A stretch of 62,331 nucleotides of DNA, filler included, from 5 parts of 5 records of this genome joined end to end with filler, not necessarily neighbours in it, one strand, 5' to 3'; shown: positions 38,586-51,138, counted from the first letter of the whole stretch. Notes: generated by a model from the letters alone, not told the origin. Numbers and translations: made by a program.

Positions 38586-39575
38586 CTACACCTGAGCCAG
38601 ATGAAGACTGAACAGGTTGTCCGGGTCGGTCCAGCAGCTTAGCGGGGTGAAGCCTGCCGCGACCAGCTCGGCACTGAAGCTTTCCACGGTGAATTTATAG
38701 GAATTCTCGGTATGGATGCGGGTGCCGCTTTTCAGGGTGAGGGTGCGTTCCCCCAGGTGAATGTGCTGGTCGCTTAGGCACTCCAGGTGCATTTCGATGC
38801 GCTGTCGGGCGGTATTGTAGAACGCCACATGCTGCATATTATCGGTATCGAACTGGCAACCCAGCTCCCGGTTCAGGTGGTGCAGGGCGTTCATGTTGAA
38901 GGCGGCCGTAAGGCCTTCGGCATCGTTATAGGCGGCATTGAGGCGTGTATCGGGTTTTTGCAGGTCGGCGCCGATCAGCAGGGCGCCACTGGGGCCAGCC
39001 AGCGTGCGCAGCCCCTTGAGAAATTCGCTGCGGGCGGCCGGTTCAAAATTGCCAATGGTGGAGCCGGGAAAAAACACGACCCGGCCCGGTTGTGCCAGGC
39101 CTTGTGGCATGGCCATCGCCTGGCAGTAATCGGCGCACACGGCGCTGATGTGCACGTCGGGAAAATCCTGGGCCAGTTGGCGAGAGGCGCCAAGCAGGCA
39201 CTCACGGGAAATTTCCAGTGGCATGTAGTGACGGGGCTGCCAGGCATCCAGCAGCAGGCGCACTTTTTCACAGCTACCGGCACCGGGTTCGGCAATGGTT
39301 TGCGGTTGGTTGAGCCGTGCCTGGATTTCTTCAGCATAGCCGGTCAGCAGTGAGGTTTCGGTACGGGTGGGGTAGTACTCCGGGGTGCGGGTGATGCGGT
39401 CAAACAGGGCGGAGCCGGCTTCATCGTAAAAATACTTGGGGTGCAGGGACGGGCCGGGAGCTGAAAGGGACTGGCTGACCTCCGCAAGCATATCGGTGGC
39501 TGGTGGGTACAGATCGTAAAACGTCAGGTTCGGGCAAAGCTGCTGGTGGTTCAACGGAGTCTGTTGATGCTTCAT
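38586..39575 (-). CDS. egtD: L-histidine N-alpha-methyltransferase
   Basis: PKYFYDEAGSALFDRIT..PEYYPTRTE, FFPGSTIGNF, IHTENSYKF. Confidence 0.93.
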   Translation of the reverse strand: MKHQQTPLNHQQLCPNLTFYDLYPPATDMLAEVSQSLSAPGPSLHPKYFYDEAGSALFDRITRTPEYYPTRTETSLLTGYAEEIQARLNQPQTIAEPGAGSCEKVRLLLDAWQPRHYMPLEISRECLLGASRQLAQDFPDVHISAVCADYCQAMAMPQGLAQPGRVVFFPGSTIGNFEPAARSEFLKGLRTLAGPSGALLIGADLQKPDTRLNAAYNDAEGLTAAFNMNALHHLNRELGCQFDTDNMQHVAFYNTARQRIEMHLECLSDQHIHLGERTLTLKSGTRIHTENSYKFTVESFSAELVAAGFTPLSCWTDPDNLFSLHLAQV

Positions 39576-39610
39576 CTTAGCCTCTGCAAGAAGTCGGAGT
39601 GGTGCGCCTG

Positions 39611-40891
<1,281 letters not shown>

Positions 40892-41070
40892 GCCATGGGT
40901 CAAGGTGCGGTCCTGATGACTGCAATGACGCAATCTCACCTTAAAGCAGTCCCGGTTTGAGCGAAAGCAACAATGAGACGCTTGCGCGGGCTGGGTATAC
41001 TCCGGGTAACGTTTTTCAGAGGCTCCTTAATAGCCCGTTACCTTTCTACCTTTCACAAGAAGGAGAGCAT

Positions 41071-41841
41071 ATGAATATTACCGATAAAGTGGCCGTGATT
41101 ACTGGTGGTGCCTCAGGCCTGGGCCAGGCGACTGCAGAAGCGATTATTGCCAAAGGCGGCAAGGTCATGATTTTTGATCGTGACGACAAGAAAGGCCCGG
41201 AAGTGGCTGCCCAGCTGGGCGATAATGCGGCTTTCACCCAGACCGACGTGACTGACGAAGCGTCCGTGAAAGCAGCGGTGGATGCCACTGTGGCCAAGTT
41301 TGGTGCCATTCATGTGTGTGTTAACTGCGCGGGTGTGGGCTCCGCCATGAAAACCGTAGGCCGTGAGAACAAGCCTCACGATCTGGGCGTATTCAACATG
41401 GTGGTGCAGATCAACCTGATCGGTACCTTCAATGTGGCGCGCCTGGCCGCCGCCGCCATGGCCGAGAATGAGCCGGGCGAAGATAACGAGCGTGGCCTGA
41501 TTGTGAACACCGCTTCTGTGGCCGCTTTTGATGGCCAGGTGGGTCAGGTTGCTTACGCGGCAACCAAAGGCGGCGTGGTCGGCATGACCCTTCCCATCGC
41601 CCGTGACCTGGCGCCGCTGGGGATTCGTTGCAACACCATCGCCCCGGGGATTTTCAACACCCCGCTGATGAATGCGGCACCGGACAAGGTGAAGCAGCCG
41701 TTGATCGAAATGACCCAGTTCCCGAAGCGCCTGGGGCACCCACAGGAATACGGCCAGCTGGTATGCCACATGATCGAGAACAAATTCCTCAACGGCGAAA
41801 CCATCCGTATCGATGGCGGTATCCGCATGCAGCCGCGGTAG
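41071..41841 (+). CDS. 3-hydroxyacyl-CoA dehydrogenase type II (HSD10-like SDR)
   Basis: [46 protein letters not shown]. Confidence 0.9.
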   Translation: MNITDKVAVITGGASGLGQATAEAIIAKGGKVMIFDRDDKKGPEVAAQLGDNAAFTQTDVTDEASVKAAVDATVAKFGAIHVCVNCAGVGSAMKTVGRENKPHDLGVFNMVVQINLIGTFNVARLAAAAMAENEPGEDNERGLIVNTASVAAFDGQVGQVAYAATKGGVVGMTLPIARDLAPLGIRCNTIAPGIFNTPLMNAAPDKVKQPLIEMTQFPKRLGHPQEYGQLVCHMIENKFLNGETIRIDGGIRMQPR

Positions 41842-41850
41842 CAAAAAGAG

Positions 41851-41881
41851 ACGCAGCACGCGTCACGCTACACGCAGCACG
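41851..41881 (+). repeat. Heptamer tandem repeat
   Basis: ACGCAGC ACGCGTC ACGCTAC ACGCAGC ACG. Confidence 0.6.
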
Positions 41882-41909
41882 AAAAAGCCCCGGTTTTCCG
41901 GGGCTTTTT
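41882..41909 (+). terminator. Intrinsic terminator
   Basis: AAAAAGCCCCGG-TTTT-CCGGGGCTTTTT. Confidence 0.88.
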
Positions 41910-41944
41910 GCTGTCTACGAAGCCGCTGTAGGAGTTCCCTTCCA

Positions 41945-42044
41945 NNNNNNNNNNNNNNNNNNNNNNNNNNNNNNNNNNNNNNNNNNNNTTAATTAATTAA
42001 NNNNNNNNNNNNNNNNNNNNNNNNNNNNNNNNNNNNNNNNNNNN
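41945..42044. other. Artificial contig spacer
   Basis: N44-TTAATTAATTAA-N44. Confidence 0.98.
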
Positions 42045-43676
42045 AGTTTCCTGTCCGCCCAAAATGGCCACCAATCTATCCAGACCAAAAGCGATACCAC
42101 CGTGGGGAGGCGCTCCATATTGGAAGGCATCCATCAAAAAGCCGAACTGTGCTTTTGCTTCCTCTGTGGTAAAGCCCAAATGTTTGAACATGGTCGCTTG
42201 GGTCTCCTTGTCATAGATCCGTATGGAACCACCGCCAATTTCATTTCCGTTCAGTACCAAATCGTAAGCGTTGGCCTTTACTTCTCCGGGTTTTGTGTCC
42301 AACAATTCCAACTGGCCTGGTTTTGGAGAGGTAAAGGGGTGGTGCATGGCATGGTACTTTCCTGTTTCCTCATCCAGTTCCAACAATGGAAAGTCCACGA
42401 CCCATAATGGCGCGAACTCATCTTTTTTTCTAAGGCCCAAGCGTGTTGCCAATTCCATTCGTAATGCGCTTAATTGAGCGCGTGTTTCGTTGGTGTTGCC
42501 TGAAAGAACGCAGATTAGGTCTCCGGGCTTTGCTCCTGTGGTCTCTGCCCATTTGGCCAAATCTTCTTGGTCGTAGAACTTGTCCACAGATGATTTATAG
42601 GTTCCGTCTTCGTTGCATTTTACATACACCATTCCCTTAGCACCAACCTGAGGTCTCTTGACCCAATCAATTAACCCATCTATTTCTTTTCGAGTGTAAG
42701 AAGCTGCTCCCGGTACTGCTATTCCGACAACCAATTCGGCGGAATTGAACACATTGAAATCTTTGTGCTGCGCCACAGAGTTCAACTCACCAAATTCCAT
42801 CCCAAATCGGATGTCGGGCTTATCGTTTCCATAAAGTCGCATGGCGTCATCGTAGGTCATGCGAGGGAATTTGTCCACTTCCACACCTTTGATTTCTTTT
42901 AGAAGATGCTTGGTCAGACCTTCAAAAGTCTTCAGGATGTCTTCCTGTTCCACAAATGCCATTTCACAATCGATTTGTGTGAACTCGGGCTGGCGGTCGG
43001 CACGGAGGTCTTCGTCCCTAAAACATTTCACGATTTGGAAATATTTGTCCATTCCGCCGACCATCAACAATTGTTTGAAGGTCTGGGGAGATTGGGGAAG
43101 GGCATAAAACTGTCCTTCGTTCATGCGGCTGGGCACTAAAAAGTCCCTCGCGCCCTCGGGAGTGGATTTTATCAAATAAGGTGTTTCAATATCGATAAAA
43201 CCTTGGTCGGACAGATATTTTCTGACCTCCATTGTCACCTTGTGCCTAAATATAAGTTTGTTCTTTACTGGGTTTCTTCTAATGTCCAAGTAGCGGTACT
43301 TCATTCGTATGTCCTCTCCGCCATCGGTTTCATCTTCGATAGTGAAGGGAGGAAGCAAGGAATTGTTCAGTATGGTAAGTTCGGTGACCAGTACTTCGAT
43401 TTCCCCTGTGGGGATATTCGGGTTTTTGGAAGCCCGCTCTATAACCTGCCCCTTGGCTTGGATAACGGTTTCACGTCCCAGTTCGCGAGCTTGTTCCAAT
43501 AGTTCTTTGGAAGTGCGTTCTTGGTCGAACACCAATTGGGTGATGCCGTAGCGGTCACGAAGGTCTACCCATGCCACGAAACCTTTGTCGCGTAGCTTGT
43601 GGACCCATCCACTTAATATTACCTCTGAACCTATGTCCGATGCCCTCAGGGCACCACAAGTATTGCTTCTGTACAT
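42045..43676 (-). CDS. aspS: Aspartate--tRNA ligase, 3' truncated
   Basis: [55 protein letters not shown]. Confidence 0.97.
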
Positions 43677-43928
43677 GATGTTTGTTATGAGAGCGCAAAT
43701 TTAATAGGAATGTGGATATTTTATAGGAGATATACTGTTTTTCTCTTGGACTTGTGTTTTGAAATTCCAAAATGGTCGTTAAACTTCATATCTCTTAACG
43801 TTAAATTAACATTAGAAATGAAAGTTGAGTAACTTTTGGTGAGCTTTAAGGCAAAATTCTCCGACAAAACGATTCAATTTTAATACTTATGAATTAAATA
43901 ACTGATTGATATAGTGTAGATTGTGTGT

Positions 43929-43997
43929 TTAACGTTAATTTAATGTAAACTAAATGTTATGTAAATGTGTGATTAATGTAAAATTTAAGTAACTTTG
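43929..43997 (+). promoter_or_regulatory. Six 11-bp-phased direct repeats running into a -7 promoter element
   Basis: GT recurs at 43934, 43945, 43956, 43967, 43978, 43989; TAACTTTG (TAnnTTTG) at 43990-43997. Confidence 0.6.
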
Positions 43998-44042
43998 ATA
44001 CGTTATCATATTGATACTAACAATATTAAATCCCATATAAAT

Positions 44043-44393
44043 ATGAAAAAAGCAGTATTTTTTTTGGCGGTGATGTTTGCGGTTGGTGTATCTGCACAAG
44101 ATACCAAGCCGACCTTTGAAAAAATGGGAAATATGGTGAAAGCCACTTATTTTCATGACAATGGTGAAATTGCCCAAACAGGTTATATGTTGAACGGAAA
44201 GTTACATGGAGATTGGGTAATGTTCAATGTTGAAGGAAAAAAAATTGCCACCGGCCAATACGACAATGGAGAAAAAACCGGGAAATGGTTCTTTTGGAAA
44301 AATGATGAATTAAACGAAGTTGACTTTACGGATAACCGTATTGTTCAAGTAAAAAGTTGGAGCCAAGGCGATGCCGTAACGGTAAACAAATAA
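44043..44393 (+). CDS. Small secreted protein with MORN-variant (YwqK-like) repeats
   Basis: Signal peptide MKKAVFF..VSAQ; 'YFHDNGEIAQTG', 'NGKLHGDW', 'GEKTGKWFFW'. Confidence 0.82.
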   Translation: MKKAVFFLAVMFAVGVSAQDTKPTFEKMGNMVKATYFHDNGEIAQTGYMLNGKLHGDWVMFNVEGKKIATGQYDNGEKTGKWFFWKNDELNEVDFTDNRIVQVKSWSQGDAVTVNK

Positions 44394-44411
44394 GCGAATA
44401 AACCAATGTTT

Positions 44412-44447
44412 AAAAAAAGCCCCGACCAAATGGTCGGGGCTTTTTTT
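44412..44447. terminator. Bidirectional intrinsic terminator
   Basis: A7-GCCCCGACCA-AA-TGGTCGGGGC-T7. Confidence 0.9.
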
Positions 44448-44463
44448 ATTGCTTTGCACTACA

Positions 44464-47400
44464 TTATGTAGTTGCAGTTTCAATTTGTTCTTGTTTGCGT
44501 TCTTGCCGTGCCAACTTTCTTTTTCTAATCCTTAGCTTTAGCTTGTATACCAAGGTGAATAGGATAGGTACAACAATCAGTGTCAGGAAGGTCGCCACCA
44601 ACAATCCGTAGATTACGGTCCAAGCCAACGGTCCCCAAAATATTACGTTGTCACCTCCAAAATAAATACCAGGGTCAAACTCGCTCATTAGGGTAAAGAA
44701 GTTGATATTGAATCCTGTTGCCAATGGAATCAAACCTAAAATGGTGGTAATGGCAGTTAGCAATACGGGACGCAATCTCGATTTTCCACCTCTTACAACG
44801 GATTCCAAGAAATCATCAGGCTCCAAAAGCCCATCTTCATCAAGGTCTAATTTCACCTTTTTTCTATCGATTAGCAGTTGGGTGTAATCCAATAGTACCA
44901 CACCATTGTTCACTACAATACCTGCTAGGGAAATAATTCCCATCATGGTCATCATGATAACAAATGCACTTCCCGTAGCAACGATACCGCCAAATACGCC
45001 TATCAAACTCAAGAAAATCGCAAGCATGATAATGCCCGGTTTACTAATTGAGTTGAATTGGAATATCAGAATAAAGAATATCAGTCCAAGACCGGTGAAA
45101 AAAGCACCCATCAAAAAGGCCATTTGCTTATTTTGTTCCTCTATCTGACCTGTATAATCTATTTTGATATCATCCGGAAGATTTTCGAAATCGTTCATTT
45201 CTTCCTGAATTTTGCCCACAATGGCACCGGCATCCGTATAGCCCGAAGCCAATGCTGAATATACGGTTACCACCCGTTTTACATCCCGGTGCTTTATAGC
45301 ACTAAACCCGGTGCTGTTCGTTTGCTTGGTGACAGCCGAAATAGGAACTTCCTTGATCTGTCCACTGGACGGGTCCCTAAATGTGATGCGCTGGTTGAAA
45401 AGGGCACTGGTATTGTACCGGTCCTCTTCGTTGAACCTCACATAAATGTCGTAATCTTCACCACCTTCTTTGTAAATACCGGCTTTGGAACCAAAGATGG
45501 AACTACGGAGCTGTTGGCCGATCTGACCGGTTGCAATGCCCAGCTCACCTGCTTTTTTACGATCTACCTGTACCAACATGGATGGCTTGGATTTGTTTAC
45601 ATCTATCTTGAGCTCATCAATTCCGGGAATGTTCCTTGAATTGATAAAATTTCGCATTCTTTCCGCGGTATTGATCAATTCGGTATAATCCTCTCCCTCC
45701 AATTCTATGTTGATGGGGTAACCGACGGGAGGCCCAACGGCGTCTTTTTCAACGGAAATGGCAACACCAGGATACACATCTTTCAATGCTTCCTGTACTT
45801 TTCTCAAAAGTTCTTGGCTATCCGCACCTTCACGGTATTTGAATTCCCGTAAGGTGGCCGTGATTTTACCCCTGTTCGGCATTTCCGCACTGGAACCACC
45901 ATCGGTCTGGGGGTTACCGGCACCTTCTCCTACTTGGGATACGGCACTTTCGGTCATAAAATTGTAGTCACCGTTTATGTAAGCGTCCGAATTGATGATG
46001 TCGTATACCCGCTCTTCAATGTCCTTGGTGATTCGATTTGTCTTTTCTATATCGGTCCCTTCAGGATATTCGATATAGACAATGATCTGGTTGGGCTTAT
46101 TATCTGGGAAAAACTCCACCTTGGTTCTTTGGCTGCCTACTGAAGCACCAAAACCAATAAAGGCAATTACAAGTAGGACAAAAGTGGTAATGGCAATAAA
46201 AATGGGCCTTCTTCCAGCAAGGGAATAGCGAAGAGTCTTTTCGTAAAAGCTTTCCCATTTGGGAAGGATCCTATTTTGGAATATCCCGGCCCAGTTTCTT
46301 AGGAACAAACGATAAATCCATAACATAATCGCAGTTAGCACCATCAGCGACCCTAATGACCTATATGCTCCACCGAAGATAACGATGAGAATACCGATAA
46401 CGGAAATAATGGATGTAATGCGCACAATCTGTTTTAGGGGCATCTCCTTGTCCTCAGTGGTCATGTATCTAGATACCAGAACCGAGTTAAAGAAAATCGC
46501 CACAAATAGGGATGACCCCAAAACCACCGATAGGGTAATAGGGAAGTACTTCATAAACTGCCCCATGATGCCCGGCCAAAGTCCCAAGGGCACAAAGGCT
46601 GCAACTGTAGTCAGTGTGGATATGATAATGGGGAACGCAATTTCGCCGATACCTTTTTTCGCAGCTTCGATACGTGGCATTTTTTCCTCGTCCATAAGAC
46701 GATAAATGTTTTCCACGACCACAATTCCATTGTCCACCAACATTCCTAGTCCCATAATAAGTCCAAAAAGTATCATGGTGTTCATGGTGTAGCCCAAAAC
46801 GTTGAGTATCATCAGCGACATGAACATGGACATTGGAATGGCGAAACCTACGAACAATGCATTTTTGAAGCCCAAAAAGAACATCAGGACGGTTACCACC
46901 AAGATGATACCGAAGATGATATTGTTTACCAGGTCATCTACTTGACCAATGGTCTTGGACGATTGGTCGTTGGCTATGGTTACCGTAAGATCTTGAGGAA
47001 ATTCATTATCAATGGCATGGTCAACGATTACTTTGATCTGGTCCACTGCGTCGACCATGTTTTTACCGGAACGTTTTTTTACATCGAGCATTACCACGGG
47101 GTGTCCAAACTCCCGTGCATAGGTGGTCTTTTCCTCTTCCTTAAAGGCAACCTTGGCGATATCCTTTAGGTAGATCGGGTTTCCGTTTTCGGATTTCACC
47201 ACAAAGTTTTCCAGTTCGTTGGGCTCATCGATTTCTCCAACTATCCTAATGGTTCTACGTTGCCCGCTGGCAATAAGATTTCCTGCAGAGGTCGTCAGGT
47301 TTTCGTTGCTGATACTGTTTATGACATCGTTGAAACTGACCTTGGCGGCCATCATCTTGTAAATGTCCACGGCAACTTCCACTTCTTTTTCTTGGGCACC

Positions 47401-47976
47401 GCGAATGTCCACTTGCTTGATTTCTTGAAGGCCTTCTATTTCGTCTTCCAAGTATTCACCGAACTCTTTGAGTCTTTCAATAGGGTAGTCTCCGGAAATG
47501 TTGATGTTAAGTATGGGTATTTCCTCGGAAAGGCTCAAGTCAAAAACATTGGGTTCTACTTTGGCCCCGTTAAAGGTGGGCCAATCCTCCCCGGCTGTTT
47601 TGGAGTCGACTTCGTCCTTTACTTTTTGAAGGGCTGCCTCGACCGAAATGTTTTCATCAAACTCCACAATGATCATGGAGTAATCCTCTTGTGAGGTAGA
47701 GGTGATCTCTACCAGATTGCTTACGGTCTTGAGTTCGTCTTCAAGTGGGTCTGTGATGAGTTTTTCAATGTCCTCCGCGGTGTTTCCCGGATAGATTGAA
47801 CTGATGTATATCTTGGTCTCTTTTACCTCAGGGAAGCTTTCCCTGGGCATGCTGAAATAAGCCATGCCACCAAGGATAAGGATAACCAGGATCAGCACAT
47901 ACATTGTGGTCTGGTTATCGATGGCCCATGAGGACAGCCGAAACTCCTTGTCTACACTTTTCTTTTGTTTGCTCAT
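44464..47976 (-). CDS. RND efflux permease (AcrB family)
   Basis: GMLVDNGIVVVENI, GIVVNNGVVLLD, RLRPVLLTAITT; 1170 aa. Confidence 0.93.
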   Translation of the reverse strand: MSKQKKSVDKEFRLSSWAIDNQTTMYVLILVILILGGMAYFSMPRESFPEVKETKIYISSIYPGNTAEDIEKLITDPLEDELKTVSNLVEITSTSQEDYSMIIVEFDENISVEAALQKVKDEVDSKTAGEDWPTFNGAKVEPNVFDLSLSEEIPILNINISGDYPIERLKEFGEYLEDEIEGLQEIKQVDIRGAQEKEVEVAVDIYKMMAAKVSFNDVINSISNENLTTSAGNLIASGQRRTIRIVGEIDEPNELENFVVKSENGNPIYLKDIAKVAFKEEEKTTYAREFGHPVVMLDVKKRSGKNMVDAVDQIKVIVDHAIDNEFPQDLTVTIANDQSSKTIGQVDDLVNNIIFGIILVVTVLMFFLGFKNALFVGFAIPMSMFMSLMILNVLGYTMNTMILFGLIMGLGMLVDNGIVVVENIYRLMDEEKMPRIEAAKKGIGEIAFPIIISTLTTVAAFVPLGLWPGIMGQFMKYFPITLSVVLGSSLFVAIFFNSVLVSRYMTTEDKEMPLKQIVRITSIISVIGILIVIFGGAYRSLGSLMVLTAIMLWIYRLFLRNWAGIFQNRILPKWESFYEKTLRYSLAGRRPIFIAITTFVLLVIAFIGFGASVGSQRTKVEFFPDNKPNQIIVYIEYPEGTDIEKTNRITKDIEERVYDIINSDAYINGDYNFMTESAVSQVGEGAGNPQTDGGSSAEMPNRGKITATLREFKYREGADSQELLRKVQEALKDVYPGVAISVEKDAVGPPVGYPINIELEGEDYTELINTAERMRNFINSRNIPGIDELKIDVNKSKPSMLVQVDRKKAGELGIATGQIGQQLRSSIFGSKAGIYKEGGEDYDIYVRFNEEDRYNTSALFNQRITFRDPSSGQIKEVPISAVTKQTNSTGFSAIKHRDVKRVVTVYSALASGYTDAGAIVGKIQEEMNDFENLPDDIKIDYTGQIEEQNKQMAFLMGAFFTGLGLIFFILIFQFNSISKPGIIMLAIFLSLIGVFGGIVATGSAFVIMMTMMGIISLAGIVVNNGVVLLDYTQLLIDRKKVKLDLDEDGLLEPDDFLESVVRGGKSRLRPVLLTAITTILGLIPLATGFNINFFTLMSEFDPGIYFGGDNVIFWGPLAWTVIYGLLVATFLTLIVVPILFTLVYKLKLRIRKRKLARQERKQEQIETATT

Positions 47977-47996
47977 AATTTATTTGCTTTGGCTGT

Positions 47997-49169
47997 CTAG
48001 CTATTTTTTATGTTGACTTTTTGTCCTTCTTTCACACTTCGGGCACCTTCATCGATAATGGCATCCCCTTCGTTTATTCCGGAAAGTACTTCAACGTAAT
48101 CGCCTTGTGTTTTTCCTGTTGTGATCACCACTTTTTTGGCTACTGGATCATTCTGAATGGAATCGGCATCCACCAAATACACATATTGCTCGCCATCGGC
48201 GTTTTCTGACAGTACACTTTGCGGGATAAGGATGGCCTTTTCACTGGTATAATCATTGATCATTACCCTTGCGGTAAGATTTGGTTTTACCTTGCCACCT
48301 AGACTTGGTACTGGAATTTCTGCTGTAAAAGATCTATTGCTGGGGTTGATGAAATTTCCGGTTTGCCTGATTGTGGTGGTAACACTATCACCAAGAACAG
48401 GGAAGAACACTTTTACATCTTTGCCAGTGGTAACATTTGGTAAGTGGCTCTCGGGAACTTCCACGTTAATGTACATATTGGAGAGGTTCACAATTCGGAA
48501 CACTTCGGAACCTGGACCTGGGCTTACTACGGTCCCCTCATCTTTTATAACATCGTCGATTATACCGGTAAACGGGGCACGGATGCTCGATTTCCCTACT
48601 TGGCTTTCCATCTGTTTTACGGCACTTTGTTGTGCTTCGTAATTGGTCTTGGCCTGTAGGTACTGTATTTCTGAGCCGATGTTCTGTTCCCAAAGTCTTT
48701 TTTGACGTTCAAAAGTAGTCTTGCTCAATTCAGCCTGTGTTTTGAGCTGTGCCAACTGACTGGAAAGTCCACCATCATCTATAGTGGCCAGTAATTGTCC
48801 TTTGGAAACTTTTTGACCTTCTTTTACGTAAACGCGATTCAAGGTTCCGGACATTTCGGGATATATGAGTACGTTTTGTTTGGTCATAACATCTCCTTGG
48901 AGCTCCAAGTAGTGGTCAAATTTCTCTGGATGTACCTCGATTGTGGTTACCAAGGGCAGTTTTTCGGATTTGTCGAGCAGGGCAATGGCAGAATCCAAGG
49001 ATTTTAATTGGCCTTCCAACGCTTTCTTTTGGCTGGAAACCTCTGCATGTTTGGAACGGATTGTCTCAATGTCCTTGCTGGCCAACGCTTTGTCCAAAGA
49101 CTTGTTGCTGTTGCCTCCGCAAGAAGCCAGAACTACTGCGGTTAGTGTTATATATATTGCTTTTCTCAT
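47997..49169 (-). CDS. RND efflux periplasmic adaptor lipoprotein
   Basis: Lipobox LASC, VKEGQKVSKGQLLA, IRAPFTGII. Confidence 0.92.
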   Translation of the reverse strand: MRKAIYITLTAVVLASCGGNSNKSLDKALASKDIETIRSKHAEVSSQKKALEGQLKSLDSAIALLDKSEKLPLVTTIEVHPEKFDHYLELQGDVMTKQNVLIYPEMSGTLNRVYVKEGQKVSKGQLLATIDDGGLSSQLAQLKTQAELSKTTFERQKRLWEQNIGSEIQYLQAKTNYEAQQSAVKQMESQVGKSSIRAPFTGIIDDVIKDEGTVVSPGPGSEVFRIVNLSNMYINVEVPESHLPNVTTGKDVKVFFPVLGDSVTTTIRQTGNFINPSNRSFTAEIPVPSLGGKVKPNLTARVMINDYTSEKAILIPQSVLSENADGEQYVYLVDADSIQNDPVAKKVVITTGKTQGDYVEVLSGINEGDAIIDEGARSVKEGQKVNIKNS

Positions 49170-49191
49170 GATGGAATGGTTTTCTCTTTTG

Positions 49192-50523
49192 TTATTTGTT
49201 TAAAATATTTTCCAGTGCTGTCTTTTTGTTGATGACATCTACCATGGACTGTAAATATTCCTGTTGGCTTGTGTACAATTGGGTTTGGGCCTGTCTCAAT
49301 TCAAAGCTGGTTGCCAATCCTTCCTCGTATTTAACCTGATTTTTGTTTTCTATGCGTTCGGCCAGTTCCAAGTTTTCTTTGGAAGTTCCATACTGCTCTA
49401 TGGCAAGGATATAATCACTTTTGGCACTTTCCAATTGGAGACGGATCTGTGCTTGAGCCTCGGTGAACTGTGTCTTGGCCTTTTCCAAAGCTATCTTGGC
49501 GCGCTGTGTGCTTGCACTTCTGCCGAGAGAACTGAAGATAGGTATGTTAAGGTCTACTCCTAAAATGGACGACCCGAACCATTGCTGACCGCTGTCCAAA
49601 AAGTTAAAATCATTGCTGAAGGAGTTTCCTCCGTAGTTGATAAAGGCATTCAATGTGGGAAGCGCACGACTCTTGGCCAATTTTAATTCCAAAAACCGTT
49701 GTTCGTTGAGGTTGGCGGCCATTTTATAGTCCACATTGTTCTCAATATTAAATTCGGAATCAATTAACCCAAAATCAATCTCCTTTTTGGTAAGGTCATC
49801 CAGATTTTCGGTCAAAATCGTCGGTGTCTCAATGGGAAGCCCCAGTACCAAGTTCAACATTTGAAGGGTTATCTTCTCCATTCGACGGGCATTTTTCAGC
49901 TGGTTGTCCACCGTTGAGAGTGTTATCTGTAATTGATCTACGCTTTCCTCATCACCAAGGCCATTTTCATAGATTCGCTTGGTTTCGTAGAGGTTTTCTT
50001 CCAGTGTGGATTTGTTCTTTTCCGAAATCTGAACACTTTCTCGAGCTAAAAGCACATTTCCGTAGGCTTCCACCACAGATTTTCGGACTTCCAGTTCCGT
50101 TTTTTCCTTATTGTTCTGACTGTATTCCAAAAAAGTTTTGGTGGCCTGAACACCTACAATGTAGGAGCCGTCAAATATCTGTTGCCTTAGGGTTGCTGTT
50201 GCTGACATGGATTGTGCTTGACCAAATACAACTTCTTGATACGTTCCAGGTTCCCCACCAAAAAACTCGGCAGGAATCTGTGAAACAGGTTGTTTTAACT
50301 GGTTTTGATAGCTAACGGCACCATTGATCTGCGGAAGTCCGGTTGCAATGGTCTCCCATTTTTGCTTTTGTGCATCTACAATGTCTCGCTCAGCGTTTAT
50401 GGAGCTATAGTTGTGCTCCAATGCGTAGGCAATGGCCTGGTCCAAACTAAGGCTTGGTATGGTATCCTGAGCGGATGCCAGCCATGGTAGTATAAGTAAT
50501 AGACTGATTAACGTTTTTTGCAT
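49192..50523 (-). CDS. TolC-family outer membrane protein
   Basis: LSLDQAIAYALEHN, OEP repeats, YEEGLATSFELRQAQ. Confidence 0.92.
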   Translation of the reverse strand: MQKTLISLLLILPWLASAQDTIPSLSLDQAIAYALEHNYSSINAERDIVDAQKQKWETIATGLPQINGAVSYQNQLKQPVSQIPAEFFGGEPGTYQEVVFGQAQSMSATATLRQQIFDGSYIVGVQATKTFLEYSQNNKEKTELEVRKSVVEAYGNVLLARESVQISEKNKSTLEENLYETKRIYENGLGDEESVDQLQITLSTVDNQLKNARRMEKITLQMLNLVLGLPIETPTILTENLDDLTKKEIDFGLIDSEFNIENNVDYKMAANLNEQRFLELKLAKSRALPTLNAFINYGGNSFSNDFNFLDSGQQWFGSSILGVDLNIPIFSSLGRSASTQRAKIALEKAKTQFTEAQAQIRLQLESAKSDYILAIEQYGTSKENLELAERIENKNQVKYEEGLATSFELRQAQTQLYTSQQEYLQSMVDVINKKTALENILNK

Positions 50524-51129
50524 TTATTCTTTATTTGAATTGATGATTGAGTTGAGTATTTTTCTTCCTTCTGGAGTTACAATGCCCCTTAAATGATATT
50601 CCAGATAATAATCCATTAGTTCCGCCTTACTGAAAATTTCCGTGGGAAACAGGCCATTGTCCTTTAAACTGGTTATCCCCGTAAAATAAATTCGAGATAC
50701 AAATTCCACGTTTAGGTTGTCCCTGTAAATTCCCATTTGCATACCACGCTTCACATTTTTGGCTACACAACGATGGGTGCATTCAAATTGTACTTCCTTG
50801 AGGGACGTATAGATTTTTGGATAATATTTTTGTAATTGATACAGCGGTGATGATTTTTCATCTTTTAAATGAAGCATCACAAACCTTTTGATTTCATAAA
50901 GCTCCTCAATAGGATTTTTTTGCAATGCCACGATATCATCTATGCCACATACAATAAAATCGGTCATTGACATAGCGGTCTGCTGAACTAGGTCTGTTTT
51001 GTTCTTAAAATGGGAGTAAATCGTTTTCTTGGATATCCCCATCTCATGTGCCAAATCGTCCATGGTAATACTCTTAAACCCAAGATTTAAGAACATCTCA
51101 CCTGCTTTTTGAATAATCTTTTCCCTCAT
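50524..51129 (-). CDS. TetR/AcrR family regulator
   Basis: MREKII...ITMDDLAHEMGISKKTIYSHFKNK; first gene of the efflux operon. Confidence 0.92.
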   Translation of the reverse strand: MREKIIQKAGEMFLNLGFKSITMDDLAHEMGISKKTIYSHFKNKTDLVQQTAMSMTDFIVCGIDDIVALQKNPIEELYEIKRFVMLHLKDEKSSPLYQLQKYYPKIYTSLKEVQFECTHRCVAKNVKRGMQMGIYRDNLNVEFVSRIYFTGITSLKDNGLFPTEIFSKAELMDYYLEYHLRGIVTPEGRKILNSIINSNKE

Positions 51130-51138
51130 AATCAGGGG

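Noticed and set aside
44043-44393. Toxin-antitoxin system suggested by YwqK-like repeats
   Set aside because: No toxin neighbour; the protein has a signal peptide and is monocistronic
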